Assembly: GCA_964389465.1 (NCBI GenBank)
Contig: CAYMDK010000006.1
Span: 1 to 62,503 of the forward strand
Length of the DNA: 62,503 nucleotides
Direction: 5' to 3'
Source: an uncultured archaeon
GTDB lineage: Archaea; Thermoplasmatota; Poseidoniia; MGIII; CG-Epi1
The position numbers were made by a program, and so were the translations under genes. Under the pieces are notes generated by a model. It ran no database searches. It was not told the DNA's origin and saw only the letters and a list, made by a program, of their open reading frames with translations. This document shows positions 19,357 through 29,399 of the stretch, in pieces. The first letter of the stretch is position 1. Every line of letters starts with the position of its first letter.

Positions 19357-19606
19357 CGGCGGAGACCTGCGTGCCCGGCCTGAAAAGCGCGTTGGTCTCG
19401 GGGTCGCGCTTCTGCGGGTCAGGCAGTCGCGCGAGGTCGCCGTTCAAGTCGATGAAGTAGAGGTATCCCTCGTCGCGCTCGACCGCCTTGTCGGAGACGC
19501 ACTCCTTGGCGCTGCCCTGGTGCTTCCAGACGGTGCAGTCGCGCTCGACGAAGTAGAGGAAACCTTCCAGCGGCGGCAGTCCCAGTTTGAGGACCACTTC
19601 CGCCAT
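19340..19606 (-). CDS. Small hypothetical protein with internal duplicated EG(F/Y)LYF motif
   Basis: 88 aa from ATG overlapping the rpl10e stop (TGATG); EGFLYFVE and EGYLYFID. Confidence 0.7.
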   Translation of the reverse strand: MAEVVLKLGLPPLEGFLYFVERDCTVWKHQGSAKECVSDKAVERDEGYLYFIDLNGDLARLPDPQKRDPETNALFRPGTQVSADEPSD

Positions 19607-20118
19607 CAGTTCGCCCCGTCTACCTCGATGTGGCACGGCGTGGGGAGCTTGTGAGACGATTTGCGCAGCGCCTCTTTTGCGGCGTCGAGAAACTCGCTCG
19701 AGGTGCGCAGCGTAATCAGTTTCTGCCCCTGACGCACCTTGGCGGCGAGGCCGACCGGTTTGCCGAACGAGAGCCGCATCCCCTGCGAGACACGGTCTGC
19801 CCCTGCCCCGGTTGCGACCTTGTTGTGCCGTAGCACCTGGTGCGGGTAGACGCGAATCTTGAGGTGGTAGCCTTCGCGACCCGCCGCAGTCATGATGTGC
19901 CGGTTGGCAGTGATGCGCGCCGATTCGAGCGCGTTGTGGCGAATCAGACATTTCTCGTCGGCGGTGAGCGTCACCACGACTTCCGGGTCGAACTTCGCCC
20001 CGGGCGCGCCGACGTCGAACTGGGTAATCCGGCTGGCCGGAATGCCGCCGATATACTTGGCGCGCGTGTAGGCCCGCTGCTGCCCGCGGAACATGTGCGC
20101 CGGGTTCTTCTTCGCCAT
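19606..20118 (-). CDS. rpl10e: 50S ribosomal protein L10e/uL16
   Basis: IRHNALESARI, YPHQVLR.NK, GAGADRVSQGMRLSFGKPVG, KLPTP. Confidence 0.97.
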   Translation of the reverse strand: MAKKNPAHMFRGQQRAYTRAKYIGGIPASRITQFDVGAPGAKFDPEVVVTLTADEKCLIRHNALESARITANRHIMTAAGREGYHLKIRVYPHQVLRHNKVATGAGADRVSQGMRLSFGKPVGLAAKVRQGQKLITLRTSSEFLDAAKEALRKSSHKLPTPCHIEVDGAN

Positions 20119-20139
20119 GCGCCGCCGCAGGATGAGTGA

Positions 20140-20147
20140 TATTTAAG
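20140..20147 (-). promoter_or_regulatory. TATA box for rpl10e (probably leaderless)
   Basis: CTTAAATA on the minus strand 22-29 nt before the ATG. Confidence 0.6.
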
Positions 20148-20167
20148 TCTTAGTGCCGTCGGACAGT

Positions 20168-21820
20168 TCAATTTCTATAATTCTTTTTCGAATGTGACCG
20201 GCTGGACCGGCGACCCCGTTTCCAGTTCTGCGGCTTCCGATTCTTTGACCAGCCGCCCCTGCCAGACGACCCGCCGCCGGAGGGTCCGGGGCTCCCCTTT
20301 TTCCAGTTTTGCGATTTGCCATTGGTTGGTCGGCCATGCTTCCAGTTCTGTGACTTGCCGTTAGATGGTCGACCCTGCTTCCAGTTCTGCGACTTGCCGT
20401 TACCGGGCCGGCCACCGCCCTTGCGGTAGCCACCGTTGGAATGGCCGGGGCGCTTGCCGCCGTTGGGAGGCCCTGAACGGCCCGGTTTCGACCGATTCTT
20501 GCCCCCGTACTTGTTGCGGGATTTATTCTTCCTGAAAGAAAATGCCCGCTCGACATTCCGGTTGACCTTGTCGTGCACTGCAAATTCTTCATTTTTTCCA
20601 GGCCGGCCCCTGAATTTCGAGCTTTCTCGCCCTTTGTGCCCGCCCCGGTTTGGCGAATGACCTGCCTTGCCGCTGGAGCGGGAGGGCGCATAGTGTGCCC
20701 TCTCTGGCAGCTTGCCGAACTCGGGGGATGTGAAGTTGACATTGATTCCAGCCTGTCGCTGGATTTTGATTATGTCGCCCTTCTGGGGAGACTGTACGAG
20801 TGAAATGACGGCGCCTTGTGCTCCAGCGCGTGCTGTCCGTCCGCTGCGATGCTTGTACGCCTTGCCATTCTCCGGAGGGTCGTAGTGAATCACGCACTGG
20901 ACTCCCTCGACATCGATGCCCCGGGCGGCGACATCGGTCGCCACCAGCGCCATGCAGTCGCCATGGATGAAGCGCGCCATGGCCCGGTCGCGCTGGTTCT
21001 GGCTGAGGCCGCCGTGGATTGTGGCCACTTTCAGGTCAGTCGCCCTCAGTTCCTTGCCAACCCGGTCAACACCCCGGCGCGTCCGGCAGAAAATCATGCT
21101 GCGGCCGCCCCGCTTTACGGCGGTGCTCGCCAGCCGGGATTTGCCGCTGCCGTGAACCATCCAGAAGAAATGCTGCATGCTTTCCATGCTGACTTCCCGA
21201 GGTCCGATTTCGATTTTGAAGGGATGGTCCTGGTATTTGCGTATCAAGCCCGAAACTTCATCGTCGAGGGTTGCGCTAAAGAGGATTGTCTGCCGTTTCC
21301 CGGAACAATTGTCCAATATGTGGCAGACCGGGTCGATAAATCCCATGTCGGCCATGCGGTCGGCTTCGTCTAGGACAACCGTCTCCACGTCATCCAGTTT
21401 CAGCATTCCCTTTTCCATCAGGTCAATCAGGCGACCGGGACAGGCAACGACAATCTCCACACCCTGCTCAAGCCTCTGCCTTTGCTTGGCGTATGAAGTT
21501 CCACCATATACTGCCATTACGCCCAGCTTTTGCGGTCTGCCCAGCGGCTTCAGGACCTTGCAAATCTGCTCCGCCAGTTCGCGGGTGGGAGTGACCACCA
21601 GTGCGGTGGGGTAACGCGGGTGGGCCGGCTTGCAGCGTGAGATGAGAGGGAGGCCGAATGCGAGGGTTTTTCCCGAACCGGTCGGGGCGCGGCAGCAGAC
21701 GTCCTTCCCCTGCATCATAGCAGGTATGGCCTCGGCCTGGACCTCGAACGTTTCCGTAATGCCCTGCCCTTCAAGGACTTCGACTATGGCTGGCGCTATG
21801 CCGAGTTCTGAAAAACTCAT
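20168..21820 (-). CDS. DEAD/DEAH-box RNA helicase with long basic low-complexity tail
   Basis: Q motif, APTGSGKT, PTRELA, DEAD, SAT, ARGID, HRSGRTAR; start at MSFSELG (alternative ATG at 21832). Confidence 0.95.
   Translation of the reverse strand: MSFSELGIAPAIVEVLEGQGITETFEVQAEAIPAMMQGKDVCCRAPTGSGKTLAFGLPLISRCKPAHPRYPTALVVTPTRELAEQICKVLKPLGRPQKLGVMAVYGGTSYAKQRQRLEQGVEIVVACPGRLIDLMEKGMLKLDDVETVVLDEADRMADMGFIDPVCHILDNCSGKRQTILFSATLDDEVSGLIRKYQDHPFKIEIGPREVSMESMQHFFWMVHGSGKSRLASTAVKRGGRSMIFCRTRRGVDRVGKELRATDLKVATIHGGLSQNQRDRAMARFIHGDCMALVATDVAARGIDVEGVQCVIHYDPPENGKAYKHRSGRTARAGAQGAVISLVQSPQKGDIIKIQRQAGINVNFTSPEFGKLPERAHYAPSRSSGKAGHSPNRGGHKGRESSKFRGRPGKNEEFAVHDKVNRNVERAFSFRKNKSRNKYGGKNRSKPGRSGPPNGGKRPGHSNGGYRKGGGRPGNGKSQNWKQGRPSNGKSQNWKHGRPTNGKSQNWKKGSPGPSGGGSSGRGGWSKNRKPQNWKRGRRSSRSHSKKNYRN
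20297..20413 (-). repeat. Three tandem 39-bp repeats encoding GRPxNGKSQNWKx
   Basis: GRPGNGKSQNWKQ / GRPSNGKSQNWKH / GRPTNGKSQNWKK. Confidence 0.9.
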
Positions 21821-21916
21821 GCGTGGCGCCATCCGGATAAAAGCATCATGAGCGCGCACGAAGCAGTCTCTATAAGTGTTTACACAGCGTCTTAAACACC
21901 GTCCGAATGGCGCGCC

Positions 21917-23082
<1,166 letters not shown>

Positions 23083-23083
<1 letters not shown>

Positions 23084-23946
23084 TGGGCATCTGGCTTGAC
23101 AGGGACTCGCGTATCGCCGTGCAGGGGCTGACGGGCCGCAACGGCCAGTTCCACGCGCGGCAGATGCTCGACTACGACACGCCGCTCGTCGGCGGCGTGA
23201 CGCCCGGCAAGGGCGGCCGCGAATGCCTGGGACTGCCGGTGTGGGACACCGTCGCCGAGGCGGTCGATAACGGCGCCAACACCAGCTGCGTCTTCGTCCC
23301 ACCCCGCTTTGCGGCCGCCGCGATTCGCGAGGCGGCCGACGCCGGCGTCGAGCTGGTCGTGGCAATTACCGAAGGCATCCCCGCACTGGACATGGTGCGC
23401 ACCAAGGCGCACCTGGCCGATACGGGAACGCGACTCATCGGGCCGAACTGCCCCGGCATCATCACCCCCGGCGCCGCCAAGGTGGGCATCATGCCGGGGC
23501 ACATCCACCGGCCGGGCGACATCGGTATCGTCTCGCGCTCGGGGACGCTGACCTACGAGGCGGTCGACCAGGTCACCCGCATCGGCCGTGGGCAGTCAAC
23601 CTGCCTTGGCATCGGCGGCGACCCCGTTATCGGGACGCCGTTCATCGACGTGCTCGAAGCGTTCGAGGCGGACCCCGCCACGAAGGCGATGGTGATGATT
23701 GGCGAAATCGGTGGCAGTGCCGAAGAAGCTGCCGCCGATTTCGTCTGTGAACACGTCTCGAAGCCGGTCGTCGGCTTCATCGCCGGCAGCACCGCGCCGC
23801 CCGGCAAGCGCATGGGCCACGCCGGCGCGATTATCGCCGGCGGCAAGGGCACGGCTGGAGCAAAGATGGAGGCGATGCGGAAGGCGGGCATCGCGGTCAC
23901 TGAGAACCCCGCCATGATAGGGGCGACGCTCGTCGAACTGCTGTAG
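23083..23946 (+). CDS. sucD: Succinyl-CoA synthetase alpha subunit
   Basis: [31 protein letters not shown]. Confidence 0.97.
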
Positions 23947-24033
23947 CGCAGCCTGACCTGTCACTATCGCGACTTTCGGCTGCTTTAGCGCAGTCTTGGC
24001 TGTCGCTATTCGCGACATCCGGCTGCTGTAGCG
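23938..24033. repeat. Degenerate tandem repeat, ~2.3 copies of a 42-43 bp unit
   Basis: Units start at 23938, 23980 and 24023 (ctgct(g/t)tagcg..); unit 2 contains the inverted repeat tgtcgc-N5-gcgaca. Confidence 0.85.
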
Positions 24034-24076
24034 GTCGCGCAGCCAGCTTTATTACGTCACACCACAGAGCGGAGCC

Positions 24077-24301
24077 ATGCACTGTATCGGCAAGGTTGCG
24101 CAACTCGGCGACCGGGGCGAGCTGCTGCTGCCGGTCGAAAAGAAAATCGAGCCCGGCACGCCCGTCAGCGATGCGCGCGGCCGCAGGGTGGGGCGCGTCA
24201 GCGACCTGTTCGGGCCGGTCGCGGAGCCGTGGGTCGCGGTGCGCGCCGCGAAAGGCGTCCGCGCGACACAGTTACTGGGGCGGGAGCTTTTCTGTAAATG
24301 A
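24077..24301 (+). CDS. gar1: H/ACA RNP component Gar1/Naf1 family
   Basis: 74 aa; IGKV..PG..V.D..G..VGRVSDLFGPVAEPWVAV; gar1-tfb adjacency; TTTATTA ~25 nt upstream. Confidence 0.85.
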   Translation: MHCIGKVAQLGDRGELLLPVEKKIEPGTPVSDARGRRVGRVSDLFGPVAEPWVAVRAAKGVRATQLLGRELFCK

Positions 24302-25089
24302 AGTGCCCCGGATGCGGTGGGCGCGAGCTAGAGCCTGACGGCGACGGGCTGCTGCGCTGCGAAGGCTGCGGCGAAATCATCGACGGCGGCCCCGCCTGGG
24401 GCAGCTTCAGCGCCGCGCCAGCCGCAAACGAGACGGCGGTCGCATCGCCTGACGGGGATGCACCGGTGGCCGAGCACGCGCTCCAGCAGTGGCAGGCGGC
24501 GGTGCGGCTGCACGGCACCCTCGGGCGGACGCTGCTGCTCGCTTCGCAGGAAATCGAACGGCTCGACGACGCGCTACGACTGCCAACTCGCGTCCGCGAA
24601 TCCGCGCTCGAGCTCTTCTCCGAGGCGTTGCGGCGCAAACTGGTGCGCGGCCGGCAAACCGAGCGCGTCGCGGCGGCGCTGATTTACGCCGCCATCCGGC
24701 AGGAGCGGCTGCCGCTGACGATGGATGACGTTGTCGCCGCTTCGGGACTGGGGCGGCTCGAGCTGGGGCGACTCTACCGCACGCTTGCACGCGGGCTCGA
24801 GCTGAAAGTCGCCCCGCAGGCGGCCGCCGACTTCCTGCCGCGGTTCGCAAAGAAGCTACAGCTGGCCGACGAGACCGCCCGGCAGGCGCACCTGCTGCTG
24901 CGGCAGGCGGCCGACGCGGGCTACGGCCAGGGGATGCGACCCGGCGCGCTGGCGGGCGCGGCGCTCTACCTGGCATGTCGCGAGGCGGGAGAGCCGCGCA
25001 GCCAGAAGCAGGTCGCGCAGGTCGCCGGCATCACCGAGGTGACCGTGCGGACGCGCTACCTAGAATTGTCCCGATTATTATCGAAATAA
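24298..25089 (+). CDS. tfb: Transcription initiation factor IIB (divergent)
   Basis: CPGC..CEGC zinc ribbon, two cyclin repeats (LVRGR..AALIYAA; GAALYLAC..RSQKQVAQVAGITEVTVRTRY). Confidence 0.92.
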   Translation: MKCPGCGGRELEPDGDGLLRCEGCGEIIDGGPAWGSFSAAPAANETAVASPDGDAPVAEHALQQWQAAVRLHGTLGRTLLLASQEIERLDDALRLPTRVRESALELFSEALRRKLVRGRQTERVAAALIYAAIRQERLPLTMDDVVAASGLGRLELGRLYRTLARGLELKVAPQAAADFLPRFAKKLQLADETARQAHLLLRQAADAGYGQGMRPGALAGAALYLACREAGEPRSQKQVAQVAGITEVTVRTRYLELSRLLSK

Positions 25090-25095
25090 CCGGCG

Positions 25096-26640
25096 CTAGA
25101 AGTAGAGTTCCGGCAGCTCCAGTTCAATCGCGAACATCGGGTCGGTGTTCTCGTCGGTGCTGTCGTGGTACGCCACCACGACGCCACCGTCGGGGAGGAT
25201 GCCCATTGAGGGGAAATCGAAGCGAATATCGTTGCCGGCACCCGAAGTGGCGTCGAGGTCGCCAAGGCCGATGAGCGTTATGGTATCCGCTTCCATGCTT
25301 TCCCTGTAATCCCTGATGTGGAATATCAGGTCCACGTCGCTTGCAGTTCCATTATTCTCGGTCTGGACCCTCACGGTAATTACGGCCAGGTCAAGGTTAC
25401 CGTCAGCCTGGAAATCCCACTCGAAGGTATTGTCTGAAACAGACAGGGAACCTGGCCATTTGTGGGTGTAGTTTGTCCAGGTATATCCGCCATCATAACT
25501 GATTTGGTGCGTCAGGTTGAAGGTCCCGTCGCACCCCTTGGCGTTGGGGTTTGCTTCGTTACAGGAAACGCTGTGCAACGCACCGGAACTGTCGATTACC
25601 AGATTACGGGAAGGAAGTAACAACCCCCCAGGCAGGGTCTGCTTGTGCCATTGCAGGTTCGTGTCAAGGAACAGGTTACTGCCATCACTGTACCAGCGTG
25701 GAAACAGCAAGCCACCGGAGGGGATTGGCGAAGCCCGTATTTCCCGGTGGGGTTGCATGTAATCCCATTCTGGCCCCAGGTCCTCAAAAAAGAGGTCGAA
25801 CTCCAGGTCTGCCGGCCCACCATCACTGCTGTCAGGAATCTGTATCGGACGATAATTCAGGCCGTCGACGCTAATCTGGTAACCCTGCTCGTTGTAGCTC
25901 CAGAAATTGGATACTACCATACTGGCCCAGGGACAATTCGAAGAGCATTTGTTGGTAGCATATTCGGCGGGCGGGTTGATGGGCCCCACGACGGGCACCT
26001 GCCAGGAACGGTCATAGAACGGTTCCTTATCAACTGAATTCCAGCACCACTCCCAGTCAATCTGGGTGGGGCTCGTCTTCTTGCCCAGAATTGCATAGAA
26101 CTGGTCAACACCATCTATACTGGGATACGGAAACCAGGTCATGGCGAGGATGTCGCCGTTGGGCGCCTGGATAATCGACCCCTCGCCCAGTCCCGGGTCA
26201 AGCGTGGGGTCGAACTGGCCCTCTTCGCACCCCAGGTCGGTATTGACGGCGGGGGGCACCCACTCCTGCCAGGTCAGCCCGCGGTCGGTCGACCACCAGG
26301 GCCATTCGCCGCCGAGGTTGTAGATGATGCCATCCTGATCGGTGGCGAGGTAGTGCTCGCAGCAGTTACCGCCGTAATTGTGCTCGTCATTCTGGCCAAT
26401 GTTAACGGTGCCGTAGACCGACCAGAAGCGCTCGTCGACCTCCTCCATCGTCGCCGGGTAGATGACGCTGAAGTTGCGGACGTCGTACGGGAAATCACCG
26501 AGTCGCTCCTCGGGGATGACGAGCCGCACCGACTCGCTGAAGCCGTCGTCGTCCGGGCTGGTGCGGAAATCATCGGGGCTGAGGCAGCCGGCGAGGCTGG
26601 TGCCCAGCACCATCAGTGCCAGCAGGGTTGCACGCAGCAT
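25096..26640 (-). CDS. Lipoprotein with Asp-box/BNR (sialidase-like) beta-propeller
   Basis: Lipobox SLAGC; STDRGLTW, SVDGLNY and SYDGGYTW Asp boxes. Confidence 0.75.
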   Translation of the reverse strand: MLRATLLALMVLGTSLAGCLSPDDFRTSPDDDGFSESVRLVIPEERLGDFPYDVRNFSVIYPATMEEVDERFWSVYGTVNIGQNDEHNYGGNCCEHYLATDQDGIIYNLGGEWPWWSTDRGLTWQEWVPPAVNTDLGCEEGQFDPTLDPGLGEGSIIQAPNGDILAMTWFPYPSIDGVDQFYAILGKKTSPTQIDWEWCWNSVDKEPFYDRSWQVPVVGPINPPAEYATNKCSSNCPWASMVVSNFWSYNEQGYQISVDGLNYRPIQIPDSSDGGPADLEFDLFFEDLGPEWDYMQPHREIRASPIPSGGLLFPRWYSDGSNLFLDTNLQWHKQTLPGGLLLPSRNLVIDSSGALHSVSCNEANPNAKGCDGTFNLTHQISYDGGYTWTNYTHKWPGSLSVSDNTFEWDFQADGNLDLAVITVRVQTENNGTASDVDLIFHIRDYRESMEADTITLIGLGDLDATSGAGNDIRFDFPSMGILPDGGVVVAYHDSTDENTDPMFAIELELPELYF

Positions 26641-26716
26641 TATCGCGCCACCCTGTCGCGCCTAAATTAAGCTTGGGCGCGGGGGCAGTAAATACACCCC
26701 TCCGCTTCGCGGCGCA

Positions 26717-27550
26717 ATGGCTCCCGAGACCGCTGGCGGGGAGACTCCGCCCTGTGCGATTCCCGGCGATGAAGGGCTCTTCCCGACCGCGCGCGGCGAC
26801 TGGTGGTGGGCGCAGCCGCTGGCCGTCTTTCTAGGCCTTGCGACCGCGGTCGCCTACATGACCTGGGCGGCGTTCCAGGGCACAAACTACCATTTTGCCG
26901 GCGGGGGCGCAAACTATCTTTCGCCGCTCTACTCGCCCGAGCTGTTCGGCGAGATTAAACCCTCGTTCTGGCCGGGCGAGTTCATGGGTCTCACGGTGCC
27001 GTGGTCGCCAGCGTTCCTGATTCTCTGGGCGCCGGCCGGCTTCCGGCTCACCTGCTACTACTATCGCGGTGCCTACTACAAGTCGTTCTGGGCCGACCCG
27101 CCCGCCTGCGCGGTTGGCGAGCCGCGCGGCTCCTACTGGGGCGAGAACGCGATGCCGCTGGTGCTACAGAATTTGCACCGCTACATGCTCTACCTGGCGC
27201 TGGGATTCATCGTCATCCTGACCTGGGACGCGTGGGAAGCGCTCTGGTTCGCGACACCGGATGGCGATCATGAACTTGGCATTGGTGTCGGCAGCCTGGT
27301 GCTGGCGCTGAACGCGTTCCTGCTTGGGGGCTACACGCTCGGCTGCCACTCGCTGCGCCACCTCATCGGCGGCTACGCCGACCGCATCTCGCTGCGGTCG
27401 AAGCCGCAGCAGAAAGCGCTGGACTGCGTCTCCTGCCTGAATCGCAGCCACATGCGCTGGGCATGGTTTTCGCTGGCGTGGGTCTGCTTTACCGACCTTT
27501 ACGTGCGGCTCTGCGCGATGGACATCATTGACGACTGGAGGCTCTTCTGA
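26717..27550 (+). CDS. Succinate dehydrogenase membrane anchor (actinobacterial Sdh1-like)
   Basis: Multi-TM; FRLTCYYYRGAYY.SFW..PPACAV.EP, QNLHRY, GCHSLRH; directly upstream of sdhA. Confidence 0.85.
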   Translation: MAPETAGGETPPCAIPGDEGLFPTARGDWWWAQPLAVFLGLATAVAYMTWAAFQGTNYHFAGGGANYLSPLYSPELFGEIKPSFWPGEFMGLTVPWSPAFLILWAPAGFRLTCYYYRGAYYKSFWADPPACAVGEPRGSYWGENAMPLVLQNLHRYMLYLALGFIVILTWDAWEALWFATPDGDHELGIGVGSLVLALNAFLLGGYTLGCHSLRHLIGGYADRISLRSKPQQKALDCVSCLNRSHMRWAWFSLAWVCFTDLYVRLCAMDIIDDWRLF

Positions 27551-29337
27551 TGGAGCGCGTCGAGTGCGACGTGCTGGTCGTGGGAGCGGGCGGCGCGGGA
27601 CTGCGCGCCGCCATTTCCGCCGCCGAAGCGGGGGCGAGCGTGGCGCTGGTATCGAAATCGCTGCTCGGCAAGGCGCACACGGTGATGGCCGAAGGCGGCG
27701 TCGCCGCCGCGCTCGGCAACATGGATGAGCGTGACAGCTGGAAGGTGCACTTCCGCGACACCATCAAGGGCGGAAAGGGGCTCTGCAACTGGGAGATGGC
27801 GAAGCTGCACGCCGAGCAGTCGCCCGAACGGGTGCGCGAGCTCGAGCGCTGGGGGGCGGTCTTCGACCGCACGCCTGACGGCCGTATTAACCAGCGCAAT
27901 TTCGGCGGCCACCGCTACCCGCGGCTGGCGCACGTCGGCGACCGCACCGGGCTCGAAATCATCCGCACGCTGCAGGACCACGTCATCCACGTTGACGGAG
28001 TTGACGTGCAGATGGAAACCACCGTGACGCGGCTGCTCCGGAGCGGCGAGCGCGTCACCGGCGCGCTCGCCTATCGGCGCACCGACGGGGAGCTGCTGCT
28101 CTTCACCGCCGGCGCGGTGATTATCGCCACCGGCGGCATCGGCAAGGCGTATCGCGTCACCTCCAACTCGTGGGAATATACCGGCGACGGCCATGCGCTG
28201 GCGTACCTGGCGGGGGCCGACCTGGTCGACATGGAGTTCGTCCAGTTCCACCCGACCGGGATGGTCTGGCCGCCCAGCGTCAAGGGGACGCTCGTGACGG
28301 AGGGGGTCCGCGGCGAGGGGGGCATCCTGCTCAACAACGCAGGCGAGCGGTTCATGTTCAATTATATTCCAGCGGCGTTCGCAGCCGAAACCGCCAGGGA
28401 CGAAGCGGAAGCCGAGGCGTGGCTGCGCGGAGAGGAGGGAGCGATGCGGCCGCCCGAGCTGCTCACCCGCGACGTTGTCGCGCGCGCCATCCTGGACGAG
28501 GTCAGGGCAGGCCGCGGTTCCCCGCAAGGCGGTGCATTCCTCGATATCGCCAACCGCCGCGACGCCGACTATATCCGGCGCAAGCTGCCGTCGATGTACC
28601 ACCAGTTCAAGGAACTCGCCGGACTTGATATTACGGAAGAGCCGATGCAGGTCGGACCGACGACGCACTACATGATGGGCGGCGTGCGCGTCAACCCTGC
28701 CACCGGCGCGTCGTCCGTCCAGGGCTTGTACGCCGCGGGCGAAGCGGCGGCCGGCATGCACGGCGCCAACCGGCTCGGCGGCAACTCGCTGAGCGACCTG
28801 CTGGTCTTCGGTAACCTGTCGGGACAGGCGGCCGCCACCTTTGCGGCGTCGAGCGACCGGCTGCCGCCGGCGGGCGACGGGGTCGAGGCGGCAGCCACAG
28901 CGGCGCTGGCGCCGTTCGAGGCTGGCAGCGAAAATCCCTATCACCTGCACCAGGAATTGCAGGAAATCATGGAGGGGCACGTCGGCATCGTGCGCGAAGG
29001 CGGTGAACTCGAGGCAGGCATCGCGCAGCTTGAGGCGCTGCAAACACGACTCTCCAGGCTGCACGCCAGCGGCCCCCGCGCCTACAATCCCGGCTGGCAC
29101 CTCTGCCTCGACCTGCACAACATGCTGCTGACGTCGCTGGCGGTCGCACGCGCCGGGCTGGAGCGCACTGAGAGCCGCGGCGCGCACACGCGGCTCGACC
29201 ACCCCGGCTACGACGACGAGCTGGGGCGGGTGAACCTGGTCGTGCGACAGGCGGCCGACGGGATGGTCATCGTGCGAGCGCCGCTGGCGGAGATGCCGGA
29301 AGAGCTGGCAGAATTCGTGGCGCGGGAGGCTGTGTGA
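27550..29337 (+). CDS. sdhA: Succinate dehydrogenase/fumarate reductase flavoprotein
   Basis: GAGGAG, AHTVMAEGG, QFHPTG, HYMMGG, HGANRLGGNSL, ESRGAH. Confidence 0.96.
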   Translation: MERVECDVLVVGAGGAGLRAAISAAEAGASVALVSKSLLGKAHTVMAEGGVAAALGNMDERDSWKVHFRDTIKGGKGLCNWEMAKLHAEQSPERVRELERWGAVFDRTPDGRINQRNFGGHRYPRLAHVGDRTGLEIIRTLQDHVIHVDGVDVQMETTVTRLLRSGERVTGALAYRRTDGELLLFTAGAVIIATGGIGKAYRVTSNSWEYTGDGHALAYLAGADLVDMEFVQFHPTGMVWPPSVKGTLVTEGVRGEGGILLNNAGERFMFNYIPAAFAAETARDEAEAEAWLRGEEGAMRPPELLTRDVVARAILDEVRAGRGSPQGGAFLDIANRRDADYIRRKLPSMYHQFKELAGLDITEEPMQVGPTTHYMMGGVRVNPATGASSVQGLYAAGEAAAGMHGANRLGGNSLSDLLVFGNLSGQAAATFAASSDRLPPAGDGVEAAATAALAPFEAGSENPYHLHQELQEIMEGHVGIVREGGELEAGIAQLEALQTRLSRLHASGPRAYNPGWHLCLDLHNMLLTSLAVARAGLERTESRGAHTRLDHPGYDDELGRVNLVVRQAADGMVIVRAPLAEMPEELAEFVAREAV

Positions 29338-29399
29338 TGCACGCCCCGGACATCACAGCAGCCGAGTTCGCCGCGGTAGCAGCGCGGGAGGCTGTGTGA
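29320..29399 (+). repeat. Exact 18-bp direct repeat (gcgcgggaggctgtgtga) around a 44-bp spacer
   Basis: Copies at 29320-29337 and 29382-29399. Confidence 0.92.
29337..29399 (+). CDS. Possible 20-aa coupling micro-ORF MHAPDITAAEFAAVAAREAV
   Basis: ATG overlaps the sdhA TGA; its TGA overlaps the sdhB GTG; GGAGG precedes both starts. Confidence 0.45.
   Translation: MHAPDITAAEFAAVAAREAV

Noticed and set aside
23938-24033. Mini-CRISPR, or SRP/RNase P RNA near gar1-tfb
   Set aside because: Whole units are similar with no distinct spacers, and the region is too short and lacks recognisable motifs of those RNAs.
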